Positions 9,547 through 19,679 are shown, numbered from the stretch's first letter. The stretch is 63,781 bases of DNA from Candidatus Zixiibacteriota bacterium (GCA_041908405.1 JAYRFH010000250.1:1-63781); one strand, 5' to 3'. Made by a program: numbers and translations. Notes: generated by a model not told the origin, from the sequence alone.

Positions 9547-9631
9547 TTGGGGAAAATGGCTTGCACAACATGAGGAGTGAATCGTATATTAAAGGTAGGA
9601 GCGTCCACATTGTGTCTCGGGTGGGAACAAC

Positions 9632-12229
9632 GTGCTGAAAGTTCGATATCTCCTTTCTTGTTTCTACTTTTTTCTATGTCTGACTATAGTCAGCCTCGTC
9701 TCCGGGGACGTGCGATCAGCAACGGAATTTATCGAGCCCGATTTCTGTACCGCTGTTCACTCGATAGGTAAAATCACTATCTCTCCAACCAACGGTGCCA
9801 ATACCGGTGGCTGGTATTTCGGCAAAGATAAGACTATAGAATGCCTACTCGGTGACCACACAGTTTTAGGTGAGTATCCGAAAGGTAGCGGCATCAAGTA
9901 CTTTGATGATATGGCCGTTTGGGTTGGCGGCATTCTTGGAGGGGACACCTTGGTTTCAACTGGCTGGGACGTAGTTTGGGCTGGAAGATATGAGTTTTTT
10001 CCGGACATGGCGCCATTCGGCGAAATGGAATATAGATCAACATTGGACCCAACATCGGAGGCTTATGCAGGCGCTTTCGCAGAAGAGGAATATGTGGCTG
10101 CATGTACAGACACGTTTACTGGTAGCGTCCCTGGACTGTACCCTGATCAGATGAGCAATCGTGCACACAAACCTCTCCATGTCAGGATTGATCAACGGTC
10201 AATGTCTTGGTCACCTGGTTACGCTGATGACTTTGTTCTTTTCGAGTTCCGAATTGCGAACATTGGACCTACTTTTCTCGAAGGGGTCTATGTGGGTTTT
10301 CTACTGGATGGACAAGTTTCTAACGTATTTTGTGAAAGTGAGGACCTCTGCGAACCCTGGCGAAATGACGATATTTGTGGAATGCTTCGTATCTGGGTCG
10401 ACCCGACAAACTGCAATTTTGCAGATACACTGAACCTGGCTTGGGCCGCTGATGGAGATGGTGACCCGTTGAACGGCTCCTGGGTATACCGTGGACTACA
10501 CCATTCGAGTCGCAATGTGACCGGTATCCGTTTGCTCAGCTCGCCTGATGAGTTACAGTCACTCACTTTCAATTGGTGGACGTTCTCTTTCACCAGCCCT
10601 TTATTCGATTTTGGGCCACGTGCCAGACCGACACCTGGTCACCCATATCGCGACTTCAATACCGGTGGGGGAACCGGCACGCCGGTTGGCGACCTGAACA
10701 TGTATAATGTGTTGAGTAACCATGAATGGGATTACGATCAGGTTCACATCAGTAAGATATCAATGACCGACCCAAAGTGGATGTATCCGCACCCGTCTGT
10801 TTCAACACGGGTTGCGCAGGGTGGCTCACCTTTGATGCTCCTCTCTGTCGGTCCGTTTGACCTTCATCCAGGCGAATCAATGTCATTTCCTCTGGCGTAT
10901 GTCGGTAGCGAGAATTTTCATATCGAACCAAATAATTTTCAGCACTTACTTAACGATAGACCAGACGACTATCTTTCCAACTTGAACTTTTCTCAGTTGG
11001 CAACCAATGCCCGCTGGGCGGAGTGGGTCTATGACAATCCCGGCGTCGATACTGATTCCGATGGCTACGCCGGAGCCTACCGCGTCTGCGTGCTGGATAG
11101 CCAGTTCATCGATGACCACTGGGTCATCATGGCCGCCGATACTACCTGGTACAAAGGGGATGGTGTTCCCGATTGGCGCGCCGTGCAACCACCCCCGGCC
11201 CCAACCTTCTGGCTTGAGCCTACGCTCAATGGTATTCGTGTCCGTTTCAACGGTCAGCGAAGCGAAACCACCAAAGATATCTTCTCCGGTATAATTGACT
11301 TTGAAGGGTACCGTATCTACATGGGGCGCGATGAACGGGAGTCCTCGCTTTCACTCGCCGCCAGCTACGACAAAGAGAACTATGACATCTATGTCTGGAA
11401 TCCAAAACTGTATCCTTCGGGAGATTTTGAGATCCAGCATAGGCCATCGACCCTGACAGAACTTCGCTGTCGCTTTGGCGCGGGAATGAACCCCTGCGAT
11501 GATTCGACTTTCGCGCCACTGGCATATACACGGACCAGTCCGTGGCGGAGCAAGTTCTTCGCGGATTCTGTCTTCTACTTCATGCCGCACGAAAACAATG
11601 TTTCGAATCTCGGTGTGGCCACGCCGATACGGAAAGTCTACCCTGAGGCTCTCCCACCTGGTCCGACTGACACCGTCACCGCAGACGACCTTTCTCCCGA
11701 AGGGTACCTCAAATGCTATGAATATGAGTGCTTCATTGAGAATCTGCTACCGACAGTTAGCTACTACGTGAATGTCACCGCGTTTGACTTTGGATCACCC
11801 GAGGCCGACCTTGAGGCTCTGGAAACGAGCAAACTGCTCGGAATCCAATCTGCCTATCCGTTCGCGGACATCAACCAATCCGACTCCACTCTCCCGCCGG
11901 TCTATATCTATCCCAACCCGTATCGCTATGACGCGCACTACCGGGACATGGGGTACGAGGGGAGAGCCAGCAACCGGATCGATGACCGCGAGCGGCGGGT
12001 GCATTTTGTCAATGTCCCCGCCAAATGCACTATCCGCATCCACACACTCGATGGCGATTTAGTGAGAGAACTTCGTCACGACGAAGATCCCTCCGACCCG
12101 AATAGCCACCATGCGACCTGGGATCTGATCAACCGGAATGTCCAGGCGATCGTCTCGGGGCTCTACTACTGGACAGTGGAGTCACCGGACGGCTCGGTGC
12201 AGATGGGGAAGTTAGTAGTGATACAGTAG
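9632..12229 (+). CDS. large secreted protein of unknown function with a T9SS-type (FlgD-Ig-like) C-terminal domain
   Basis: 865 aa with a GTG start and signal-like MLKVRYLLSCFYFFLCLTIVSLVSG. Has an acidic DTDSDG loop and an FN3-like stretch. The C-terminus is VYIYPNPYRYD...CTIRIHTLDGDLVRELRHD...ATWDLINRNVQAIVSGLYYWTVESPDGSVQMGKLVVIQ. Confidence 0.8.
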   Translation: MLKVRYLLSCFYFFLCLTIVSLVSGDVRSATEFIEPDFCTAVHSIGKITISPTNGANTGGWYFGKDKTIECLLGDHTVLGEYPKGSGIKYFDDMAVWVGGILGGDTLVSTGWDVVWAGRYEFFPDMAPFGEMEYRSTLDPTSEAYAGAFAEEEYVAACTDTFTGSVPGLYPDQMSNRAHKPLHVRIDQRSMSWSPGYADDFVLFEFRIANIGPTFLEGVYVGFLLDGQVSNVFCESEDLCEPWRNDDICGMLRIWVDPTNCNFADTLNLAWAADGDGDPLNGSWVYRGLHHSSRNVTGIRLLSSPDELQSLTFNWWTFSFTSPLFDFGPRARPTPGHPYRDFNTGGGTGTPVGDLNMYNVLSNHEWDYDQVHISKISMTDPKWMYPHPSVSTRVAQGGSPLMLLSVGPFDLHPGESMSFPLAYVGSENFHIEPNNFQHLLNDRPDDYLSNLNFSQLATNARWAEWVYDNPGVDTDSDGYAGAYRVCVLDSQFIDDHWVIMAADTTWYKGDGVPDWRAVQPPPAPTFWLEPTLNGIRVRFNGQRSETTKDIFSGIIDFEGYRIYMGRDERESSLSLAASYDKENYDIYVWNPKLYPSGDFEIQHRPSTLTELRCRFGAGMNPCDDSTFAPLAYTRTSPWRSKFFADSVFYFMPHENNVSNLGVATPIRKVYPEALPPGPTDTVTADDLSPEGYLKCYEYECFIENLLPTVSYYVNVTAFDFGSPEADLEALETSKLLGIQSAYPFADINQSDSTLPPVYIYPNPYRYDAHYRDMGYEGRASNRIDDRERRVHFVNVPAKCTIRIHTLDGDLVRELRHDEDPSDPNSHHATWDLINRNVQAIVSGLYYWTVESPDGSVQMGKLVVIQ

Positions 12230-12235
12230 GTGTGG

Positions 12236-12255
12236 TTCCCAGCTTTCGCTGGGAA
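12236..12255. terminator. hairpin between convergent genes, a weak terminator candidate
   Basis: TTCCCAGC-TTTC-GCTGGGAA. No clear T-run follows. Confidence 0.3.
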
Positions 12256-12302
12256 GAGGCGGTTAGCTGTCACCGTCAAATATGGCGTGTTACCAGATCA
12301 AT

Positions 12303-12749
12303 TTACTTAGGGTTCGGCGAGACCAGCGGGCTGGTGTGGCGAGCCTGGTGTTTCTGGTACTCGATCCCGATCTTGCGGTCCTCACAGAGGATATGATTTA
12401 TCAGCCAGTCACGGAGGAAATTCATCAGTTCAAACGCGTTGACCGCGCCGCCGTTTTTCATTCGTAAAAGGATCGCCTTTACCTGCGCGACAAACAGTCG
12501 GTGTGATTCGCAATGGGATTTATGGTCGGTGAAGCCGATCTGTTGCTGGACTTTCTCTTCATCCGCGAAATGATACTGGGTGTACTCCACCAATTGCACG
12601 AGGACCGAACCGATCTCTTCATTGATCGCCCCTTTGCCGGAGGTCAGGGCATCCTCAAGCTGATTGATCATGCCGACCAGTTTTTTGTGCTGCATGTCAA
12701 GCGACGGGATACCGATCTCAAACATCGCCTGCCACTGTATTTTTGACAT
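12303..12749 (-). CDS. hemerythrin-like metal-binding protein (bacteriohemerythrin)
   Basis: 148 aa. WQAMFEIGIPSLDMQHKKLVGMINQL, then HFADEE and DWLINHI. The His/Glu/Asp spacing is typical of hemerythrin. Confidence 0.85.
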   Translation of the reverse strand: MSKIQWQAMFEIGIPSLDMQHKKLVGMINQLEDALTSGKGAINEEIGSVLVQLVEYTQYHFADEEKVQQQIGFTDHKSHCESHRLFVAQVKAILLRMKNGGAVNAFELMNFLRDWLINHILCEDRKIGIEYQKHQARHTSPLVSPNPK

Positions 12750-12837
12750 TCTAACCCCGGAAAAATTGGTTCACCAACACTCCAGAGAAATATCGGCAGA
12801 ATAGTCGAATTTGATGAGCGAGGGCGAAATGCTGAAA

Positions 12838-13629
12838 TCAGGTCTTGGTAACCACGAGGTCAACCTTGGAGCCGACAGTCATTTCCGTCCCTTCCGGCTC
12901 GGATTGCTCAAGCACCGTATCAGGGAGGAAATTGTCATTGGTACGGTAGGAAACGACGCCGACCTTGAGTCCTTTTTTCTCGATCAGCTTGACCGCGTCT
13001 TCCAGCGGCATCCCGATCACTTTCGGGACATAGGTGTATTCCGACGCGCGGCCGCGGTTGACCATCAGGTTGATCTTGGTCCCTATCGGTACTTCGGAGC
13101 CGGCCGCGGGATACGAAAAGACGACCACACGTTCGGGAATCGTGTCTGAGAATGCCCAGGAAACTTCGCCGAGCAGAAGTCCGGCGGCTTCAAGATCGAG
13201 TGTCGCCTGACGGACAGATTTTCCACCGACTTGCGGGATCTTGATATATTTCTGTCCCATTGAAATGACAAACTTGACCTGGCGGCCCGGCTTGACGCGG
13301 GTTCCGGCGATGGGGAATTGATTGATGATCATCCCCTTCTCTTTACCGGGAGCGTACTCTTCGCCGGCTATCGTATAGCTGAGTTCGAGATCCTCGAGCT
13401 GCATCTCAGCTTCGATGACTTTCATATCGACGAAGCTGGGGAGCGGGAAATCGGCTCCCTGGCGCGTGATGATAGGCATGATGACCTGGTCGAATATCCC
13501 GGCCAGAACCAGCAGAACAAGAAAGGGGATGCCAATATAGAAGAAAAGCTTGCGACGGAGTGAGCCGACGGAAAGATATTTCCCGAGGAACACTTTGACA
13601 TTGGGATCGCTGATCGTTATCTGGCCCAT
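12838..13629 (-). CDS. membrane-anchored protein with three PASTA domains and no kinase or PBP domain
   Basis: Short cytoplasmic N-terminus and one TM helix (FFYIGIPFLVLLVLAGIF). Three repeats of about 65 aa end in VKFVIS, INLMVNRG and VDLVVTK, each with a PxV.G...eA...L motif. Confidence 0.85.
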   Translation of the reverse strand: MGQITISDPNVKVFLGKYLSVGSLRRKLFFYIGIPFLVLLVLAGIFDQVIMPIITRQGADFPLPSFVDMKVIEAEMQLEDLELSYTIAGEEYAPGKEKGMIINQFPIAGTRVKPGRQVKFVISMGQKYIKIPQVGGKSVRQATLDLEAAGLLLGEVSWAFSDTIPERVVVFSYPAAGSEVPIGTKINLMVNRGRASEYTYVPKVIGMPLEDAVKLIEKKGLKVGVVSYRTNDNFLPDTVLEQSEPEGTEMTVGSKVDLVVTKT

Positions 13630-13716
13630 TGGATTCTGCCTGCTCCGTTATACACCCTGCCCGGGGTTCTGTGGCAGCATCAGAAAATTCTCTTTCAGAT
13701 GCAAGCTAAAAGCGGA

Positions 13717-15084
13717 CTAGCCCTCAAGACGGCATTTGAAGCGGGCCGAGAAAGCGCCATCCAACCCTTCGATAGCAGGATAGGTCTTCACAAAGCCGCG
13801 TTCAGAGACCAGCTCGGGCGGGAAATATTGCGCGGCTGACTCCAGTTCGAATTTCGGGTTGCGCAGCAGGAACTCTTCAACCACCTGGTCATTCTCTTTG
13901 CGGATGATGGTGCAGGTGGAGTAGACCAGGATGCCGCCCGGTTTGACCAGTTTGGCGGCACGGTCGATCATTTTTGCCTGGATCCTGGCGAGGTTCTCAA
14001 TATCCTCTGCCGACTTGGCCCAGCGAAGATCCGAATGTTTCCCGGCGGTTCCCCACCCGGAGCAGGGAGGGTCGATGATGACCCGGTCGAATGGACCGCC
14101 CTTGAATTCGGCAAGGTCGGAGACGACCGGCGCGATTATCTTTATTCCCAGGCGCTGCGCGTTTTCAACCACCAGTTGCAGTCGCTGCTGCGATTTGTCG
14201 AGAGCAGTGACTCGACCCTTGTTACGCATGCGGATCGCGGCGTAGGTCGCTTTGCCGCCGGGAGCGGCGGTCAGGTCGATGATATTCTCACCCTGCCGTG
14301 GATTGAGCAGTCGCACGGCGACGCCGGCGGATTCATCCTGCACCAGTACTTTGCCGGTCGCGATCAGCGGTTCCTCGAGCGGCAGCCCGGGACCATCGAT
14401 ATGAATGAACTCGGGTAGATATTTGCCATACCGGAAATCGACATGGTTCTCCTGCAGTAGATGCGCGACTTCGTCCGGTTTCGCCTTCAGGAAATTGACG
14501 CGATAGGTGACCCGCGGCGGCTGATTGTACGTGATCAACAGCTGCTGCGTTTTGTCGACACCGAATTCGTTGACACAGTATTCAACAAAGTAATCGGGGA
14601 ATGAGTAATACTCGGCGAGATGTTTGACCGGGTTGTCATCGATCGACGCGAATTTGACTTTCTCCGGCTCGCGCAGACGGGCGCGCATGACGGCATTGAC
14701 CAGTTTTGCCTGGGCATCATCTGTGAAATGCCGCGCGAGATTGACCGATTCAGAGACGGCGGCGGCGGCCGGAACCTTGTCGGTGAATAGTAGCTGGTAG
14801 AAGCCGAGGCGCAGAATGTTCGATAGTTTTATCGGGAGGGTCATCGCCGGACGCGCCAGATAGAAGCGGATCTCGTAATCCAAACGACGGCGCATTTTCG
14901 TGGCGCCATTGACCAACTGCAACAGGAAGCGGGTATCGATCGGGCGGAACCGCTTTCCGTCGGTTACCTGATGGATCGCGGTCTCGGTCTGGTCACCCTG
15001 TTCGATAAGGATGAGCGCTTCGAGCGCCGCCGCGCGCACGCGGTCGTAGTTCTTGTCCGCGGATTGTGAAGTCGTGTCGGTCAT
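13717..15084 (-). CDS. rsmB: 16S rRNA (cytosine967-C5)-methyltransferase
   Basis: NusB-like N-terminal domain. SAM motif DLTAAPGGKA. Catalytic DPPCSGWG and YSTCT motifs. Confidence 0.9.
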   Translation of the reverse strand: MTDTTSQSADKNYDRVRAAALEALILIEQGDQTETAIHQVTDGKRFRPIDTRFLLQLVNGATKMRRRLDYEIRFYLARPAMTLPIKLSNILRLGFYQLLFTDKVPAAAAVSESVNLARHFTDDAQAKLVNAVMRARLREPEKVKFASIDDNPVKHLAEYYSFPDYFVEYCVNEFGVDKTQQLLITYNQPPRVTYRVNFLKAKPDEVAHLLQENHVDFRYGKYLPEFIHIDGPGLPLEEPLIATGKVLVQDESAGVAVRLLNPRQGENIIDLTAAPGGKATYAAIRMRNKGRVTALDKSQQRLQLVVENAQRLGIKIIAPVVSDLAEFKGGPFDRVIIDPPCSGWGTAGKHSDLRWAKSAEDIENLARIQAKMIDRAAKLVKPGGILVYSTCTIIRKENDQVVEEFLLRNPKFELESAAQYFPPELVSERGFVKTYPAIEGLDGAFSARFKCRLEG

Positions 15085-15085
15085 C

Positions 15086-17584
15086 TTACAGATCCATTGC
15101 GTCTATTCGTCGGCCATCGGTTTCAAGTCGATACATCTCTCTCCGGTGGAACGGCAGTCCGTTTATCGGAAGTAACAGCCCGGTGGTGAGAAACTGCGCT
15201 ACTTCAGTCGGACGGGCGTAGCCTGCCTCGCCCAGACCCAGCAGCATTGATACTTTGTCGTCAGCTATCGACAGTTCGTACAGTGCCGGGCGGATATCCA
15301 CCGGCTTGGTGTAATCTTTGCTGGGCCTCTCTATGACCAGCGTGTCGGAGGTGAGCGCGCGTTCAATCATTTCCTGTAGGGGCGCGTCTTTCGCCCAGCA
15401 GTCGAGTGACAGCTCATAGCGTACCCGGTTGAGCGCGGCGGATAGTGACGTTGATTTGCCAAGCACTACTTTCGCGTCGGCCACATTGAATCCATCAGGC
15501 AGCGCCTTACGCAGGCTCTCGATCATGTAGGCCATGAGGGTCACTTCGAGCGTGATATCGACATACTCGGCTTCAGATGTGAACCCCAGCGGGAGCGGCG
15601 GGCCGAACGAGAGTTTCGGCGTCGGATTAAAGCCTTGGCTATATGAGACTGGGACACGGGCGCGCCGAAGGGCGCGCTCGATCATCCGAAGATTATCCAG
15701 ATGGGACATGAAACGGTAGCGCGCGGTTTTCCCCCACCGTAACCTCGCGCGATTTTTAGTCGGAGCGGCGGCATTGCGTGATACGACCATTTTCTTACCG
15801 CGACCATACAGCATGGAATCAGAACTCTCTTCGGTCGCTTCCCTCACCATTGGCGTGTAATCGCGTAGGGTCGTGGAGGTCCGCTGACGTTCCGCCACCA
15901 GTGATTCGACCGATCTCCCCTTTTCAATATGCGACCAGGGGAGGTCGGCCGAAAAGGGGATCGCGCGCAACGTCGCGGCGACATCGATGCCGTGCTCATC
16001 CATCGCGGAGAGCCAGAGATTGAAATGGAACTCCTCGCTCCACCCCTCGAAACGGCACCCCTTGCGATAGGCGGTTTCGATGACTTTGCCGATCGAGCGA
16101 CCTCCCCGTCCGAGGATGGTCGAAAGTATTGCAAGTTGCGGATTATTGATCTTGAAAGAAACGCTGTTAATGCGTGTATGCCGTTTGATGAATCCTATCT
16201 TGTGGCCGACTGCCTCTTCGCCGAATGATTCGTCCCATTGAAACGGCGTATGTGCTTTGGGGATGAAGGGCGAGAGCGTCACGTTGATGGTCTTCTTGTG
16301 CGGATACTCCTGCCCTATCTGATGGATGGCGTGAATGATATCCGTAATCCCCTTTAGATCTTCTTCGGTCTCGGTCGGCAGTCCGATCATGAAATAGAGT
16401 TTCACCGTCTGCCACCCTTTTTCAAAGGCGAGACGAACCGTGTCAAAGATGGCGGCATCCGGAAAATCTTTACGGATGAACAGGCGCAGTCGTTCGGTGC
16501 CGGCCTCGGCGGCCACGGTCAGCCCCGATTTGCGCACTCGTTTGACCGACTCGAGTAGAAGAGGACTCACGGAACCCGGTCGCAGCGAAGGGAGCGCCAC
16601 CGATGTCCGCTGCGGTTCAAGTCGCCGCGAGAGTGTTGAAGCCAGTTGGTCTATCTCTGGATAATCGGTCGTCGAAAGCGCCGTCAGACTGACCTCGTCA
16701 TATCCGGTGTTATTGAGCTGGGCCTCGACCTGGCGCATGATATCATTCTGCGTGCGGATCCGTATCGGACGGTAGATAGTCCCGGCAAAGCAGAACCGGC
16801 AGCCCTGCGGGCATCCGCGCATGATCTCGACACCGAGAAAATTGTGCACGGTCTCTATCAGCGGCACGATCGGTTTGTCGGGATAATACTCCGGCTTCAG
16901 CTCACGCGTCACTCGGGCTTTGATAGTAGGCGGCGCGAAGTCCACGGTCGGTTTGCGATGGTCATCGTAGAAACGCGGGACATACACAGACTCTACGCGG
17001 CGCACGAGGGCTTCAAGTTTCTGCTGCCGAGATGCGGAGCGCATTTCGCCGAGCAAGGCCAACATCTCCGGCAGGCCATCCTCGGCATCGCCAATGAAAA
17101 ACAGATCGACAAATTCAGATAGCGGCTCAGGATTATATGCGGCCGGACCACCGGCGAGAACGAGCGGATCTGTATCAGATCGATCCACCGCGCGCAACGG
17201 GATCTGCGCGAGGTCGATCATCGCGAGAACGTTGGTATAAACCGTTTCGTCGACCAGCGTGAATCCGATAGCGTCGAAATCCTTCGCCGACCGCCAGCTT
17301 TCCAGCGAAAAGAGCGGGAGGTTCTCTTTGCGCAGCATCTGTTCAGCGTCACGATCGACCGCGAAGGCGCGCTCGCAGAGGAAGCGGTCATCTTTGTTGA
17401 TGATATGATAGAGGGTCTGTAGTCCCTGGTAGGAGTGCCCTATCTCATACTTGTCGGGGTAGCAATGGAGATAATTGACGCGGCCGTTTGGATCTTTTAC
17501 GATCTGGCCGATCTCACCGCCGGCGTAACGGCCCGGCTTGATGACAAACGGAAAAAAGCGCTGTTCGAGATCTTTCTTAAGCAT
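15086..17584 (-). CDS. radical SAM protein of unknown function, a fusion of the TIGR03960-like and TIGR03936/DUF2344-like halves
   Basis: 832 aa. The CPQGCRFC cluster motif (CxxxCxxC) sits in MRGCPQGCRFCFAG. The C-terminal ~230 aa (RYRFMSHLDNLRMIERALRRARVPVSYSQGFNPTPKLSFGPPLPLG) is DUF2344-like. Confidence 0.88.
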   Translation of the reverse strand: MLKKDLEQRFFPFVIKPGRYAGGEIGQIVKDPNGRVNYLHCYPDKYEIGHSYQGLQTLYHIINKDDRFLCERAFAVDRDAEQMLRKENLPLFSLESWRSAKDFDAIGFTLVDETVYTNVLAMIDLAQIPLRAVDRSDTDPLVLAGGPAAYNPEPLSEFVDLFFIGDAEDGLPEMLALLGEMRSASRQQKLEALVRRVESVYVPRFYDDHRKPTVDFAPPTIKARVTRELKPEYYPDKPIVPLIETVHNFLGVEIMRGCPQGCRFCFAGTIYRPIRIRTQNDIMRQVEAQLNNTGYDEVSLTALSTTDYPEIDQLASTLSRRLEPQRTSVALPSLRPGSVSPLLLESVKRVRKSGLTVAAEAGTERLRLFIRKDFPDAAIFDTVRLAFEKGWQTVKLYFMIGLPTETEEDLKGITDIIHAIHQIGQEYPHKKTINVTLSPFIPKAHTPFQWDESFGEEAVGHKIGFIKRHTRINSVSFKINNPQLAILSTILGRGGRSIGKVIETAYRKGCRFEGWSEEFHFNLWLSAMDEHGIDVAATLRAIPFSADLPWSHIEKGRSVESLVAERQRTSTTLRDYTPMVREATEESSDSMLYGRGKKMVVSRNAAAPTKNRARLRWGKTARYRFMSHLDNLRMIERALRRARVPVSYSQGFNPTPKLSFGPPLPLGFTSEAEYVDITLEVTLMAYMIESLRKALPDGFNVADAKVVLGKSTSLSAALNRVRYELSLDCWAKDAPLQEMIERALTSDTLVIERPSKDYTKPVDIRPALYELSIADDKVSMLLGLGEAGYARPTEVAQFLTTGLLLPINGLPFHRREMYRLETDGRRIDAMDL

Positions 17585-17662
17585 ATCTAAGTGCTACGGA
17601 TTCAGTTGCCCAGGTCAACAGCATAACGAAATCGTGTGGTTTCGGCAAGGAGAGAAAACAGG

Positions 17663-18661
17663 CTAATCGAGGGCCAAATACGGCACGGCATCGACCGCCA
17701 ATTCCCCCGCGCCATGTTTCTGGAATCGATAATACCCGGCGGCCGCGATCATAGCGGCATTGTCCGTACAGAGCGACATGCGAGGATAGAAGAACCGCTT
17801 GCCGATCTTGGTCAATTGCTCAGTCATGGCCACGCGAAGGCGGCTGTTGGCAGCGACACCACCAGAAATTGTGATATCTCTCACCCCAGTTGATTCAGCC
17901 GCGCGAACGGTCTTTTCGACCAGCACCTGCACTACGGCTTCCTGGAACGAGGCGGCGATATCTGCCTTGTGCGCGATGAACTCTTCATCGCTCAGCTTTT
18001 CTATATACTGCGCCACTGCTGTCTTGAGTCCGGAAAACGAGAACTGATACGGTTCCTGCAAGACGGCGCGTGGAAAGCGGTGATACTCACGGTTCCCCTG
18101 CTGCGCCAGTTTGTCGACCTGTGCGCCACCGGGATACCCAAGCCCCATCACTTTCGCCACTTTATCGAAGGCTTCACCGGCCGCGTCATCTTTGGTTTTG
18201 CCCAGCAGAGTGTACTCGCCGAATCCCTTTACCTCGACGAGCATGGAATGTCCACCGGAGACTACGAGGGTCAGATGATGTGGGTCGAGGTCGGGGTGTT
18301 CCAGCAGATTGGCCGCGAGATGTCCTTCCATATGATTGACACCGATGAACTTCTTTCCTGTGGCAAACGCCAGACCTTTGGCAAAAGTCAGGCCGACCAG
18401 CAGCGGCCCAACCAAACCCGGCCCCATTGTTGCCGCAATGAGGTCGATCTTGTCGAGTGTCACACCAGCGGTAGAGAGTGCCTCCTGATAAATCGGCACG
18501 ATAGTCTTGATATGTTCGCGACTCGCGACCTCCGGGACCACCCCGCCGAAGCGCGAGTGAATGGCCTGGGAGGAGATGATATTGGCGAGAATAGCGCGGC
18601 CATCCTCGATCACCGCCGCGGAGGTTTCATCGCAGGATGTTTCAATTCCGAGTACGAGCAT
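17663..18661 (-). CDS. tsaD: tRNA N6-adenosine threonylcarbamoyltransferase
   Basis: MLVLGIETSCDETSAAV, HMEGHL and VSGGHS motifs. Confidence 0.95.
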   Translation of the reverse strand: MLVLGIETSCDETSAAVIEDGRAILANIISSQAIHSRFGGVVPEVASREHIKTIVPIYQEALSTAGVTLDKIDLIAATMGPGLVGPLLVGLTFAKGLAFATGKKFIGVNHMEGHLAANLLEHPDLDPHHLTLVVSGGHSMLVEVKGFGEYTLLGKTKDDAAGEAFDKVAKVMGLGYPGGAQVDKLAQQGNREYHRFPRAVLQEPYQFSFSGLKTAVAQYIEKLSDEEFIAHKADIAASFQEAVVQVLVEKTVRAAESTGVRDITISGGVAANSRLRVAMTEQLTKIGKRFFYPRMSLCTDNAAMIAAAGYYRFQKHGAGELAVDAVPYLALD

Positions 18662-19580
18662 TTCGGGTAGCCAGGATCCTTACTGAATCGACCGAGACCG
18701 CTTTTACTCTGAAGTTGGCGGGGCAATCGACCGAAACACCGGCCATCCCCTCTCTCGTCATTTTGCGGTAGTCGACTGCCACAGTCAGGGCGTTTTTGTT
18801 GAGCAGATCAATATCTTCGGGCGGACCGGTCAATTCAACGCGGACCGCGGGGGGATTGGTTTTGGCCAGGTAATCCGGCGGCAAATTGTAGACCGCAATC
18901 GGGAGATTGTCATACACGCGCGTCTTGACGGGGACAACATCGATCCGCACCATCACGGTCTCCGGCTCGACTTTCATCCCGATTCCCGCGGGCGCGGCAA
19001 GTCTGATCGCGACGGTCACGCTGTTGCGAAGGCCGGTCAGTTCCTTCTGTTCGGTCAGTATGCTTGAGAGCACCCTGATAACCGAGCGCGGCCCGGTCAA
19101 TTTAGCGCGCGAAGGCGTCGCCACTACTCGACTGCTGACCGCGAAGCCGTCATCGGGACTGGCGATAATATTCGGTGTGACCGGCAACTCGACCGTCCCT
19201 TTCGGGTCGATCTCAATTTCCCATTGGATCGGCGACAGTACTTCCTCAACCACCACATTCTTGTGCGGCGCGTAGAGCTGAACATTTTCGGGAGAGAGAT
19301 ATAGCGTGTGACGACCGGTCGGGAGTTTGGAAATATTGATACGGACTCCCCGCTCACGCCAGGCGGTCTGCACCAGTTGTTTCCCTTTGGCGGAAACTAC
19401 GATCATAATGGAATCCGGCGGGAGAGTAGCCAGTGTCAGATCATCGCGCAGGTCAACATCGGTCACCGGTACAGTAACCTCGTAGTTGTACGTCTTTTCG
19501 GTAACCACATGGAACCAGACCAGGACTCCGACCAGGAGTGCCAGGAACTTGAGCCAGATATTGTTCAGGAGCTTCTTCAT
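18642..19580 (-). CDS. YbbR-like domain-containing membrane protein
   Basis: N-terminus MKKLLNNIWLKFLALLVGVLVWFHV followed by repeated beta-rich YbbR-type segments. Start taken at Met8 of the track ORF. Overlaps tsaD by 20 nt. Confidence 0.72.
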   Translation of the reverse strand: MKKLLNNIWLKFLALLVGVLVWFHVVTEKTYNYEVTVPVTDVDLRDDLTLATLPPDSIMIVVSAKGKQLVQTAWRERGVRINISKLPTGRHTLYLSPENVQLYAPHKNVVVEEVLSPIQWEIEIDPKGTVELPVTPNIIASPDDGFAVSSRVVATPSRAKLTGPRSVIRVLSSILTEQKELTGLRNSVTVAIRLAAPAGIGMKVEPETVMVRIDVVPVKTRVYDNLPIAVYNLPPDYLAKTNPPAVRVELTGPPEDIDLLNKNALTVAVDYRKMTREGMAGVSVDCPANFRVKAVSVDSVRILATRNARTRN

Positions 19581-19679
19581 CTTTGTTGGATGCCCACCCA
19601 CAACTTATCGTTGGCGGCCCGATTGGATACTACGCGATTACGCCCAGGGAATCAACTGATAATATCATCCAGACCTGCA

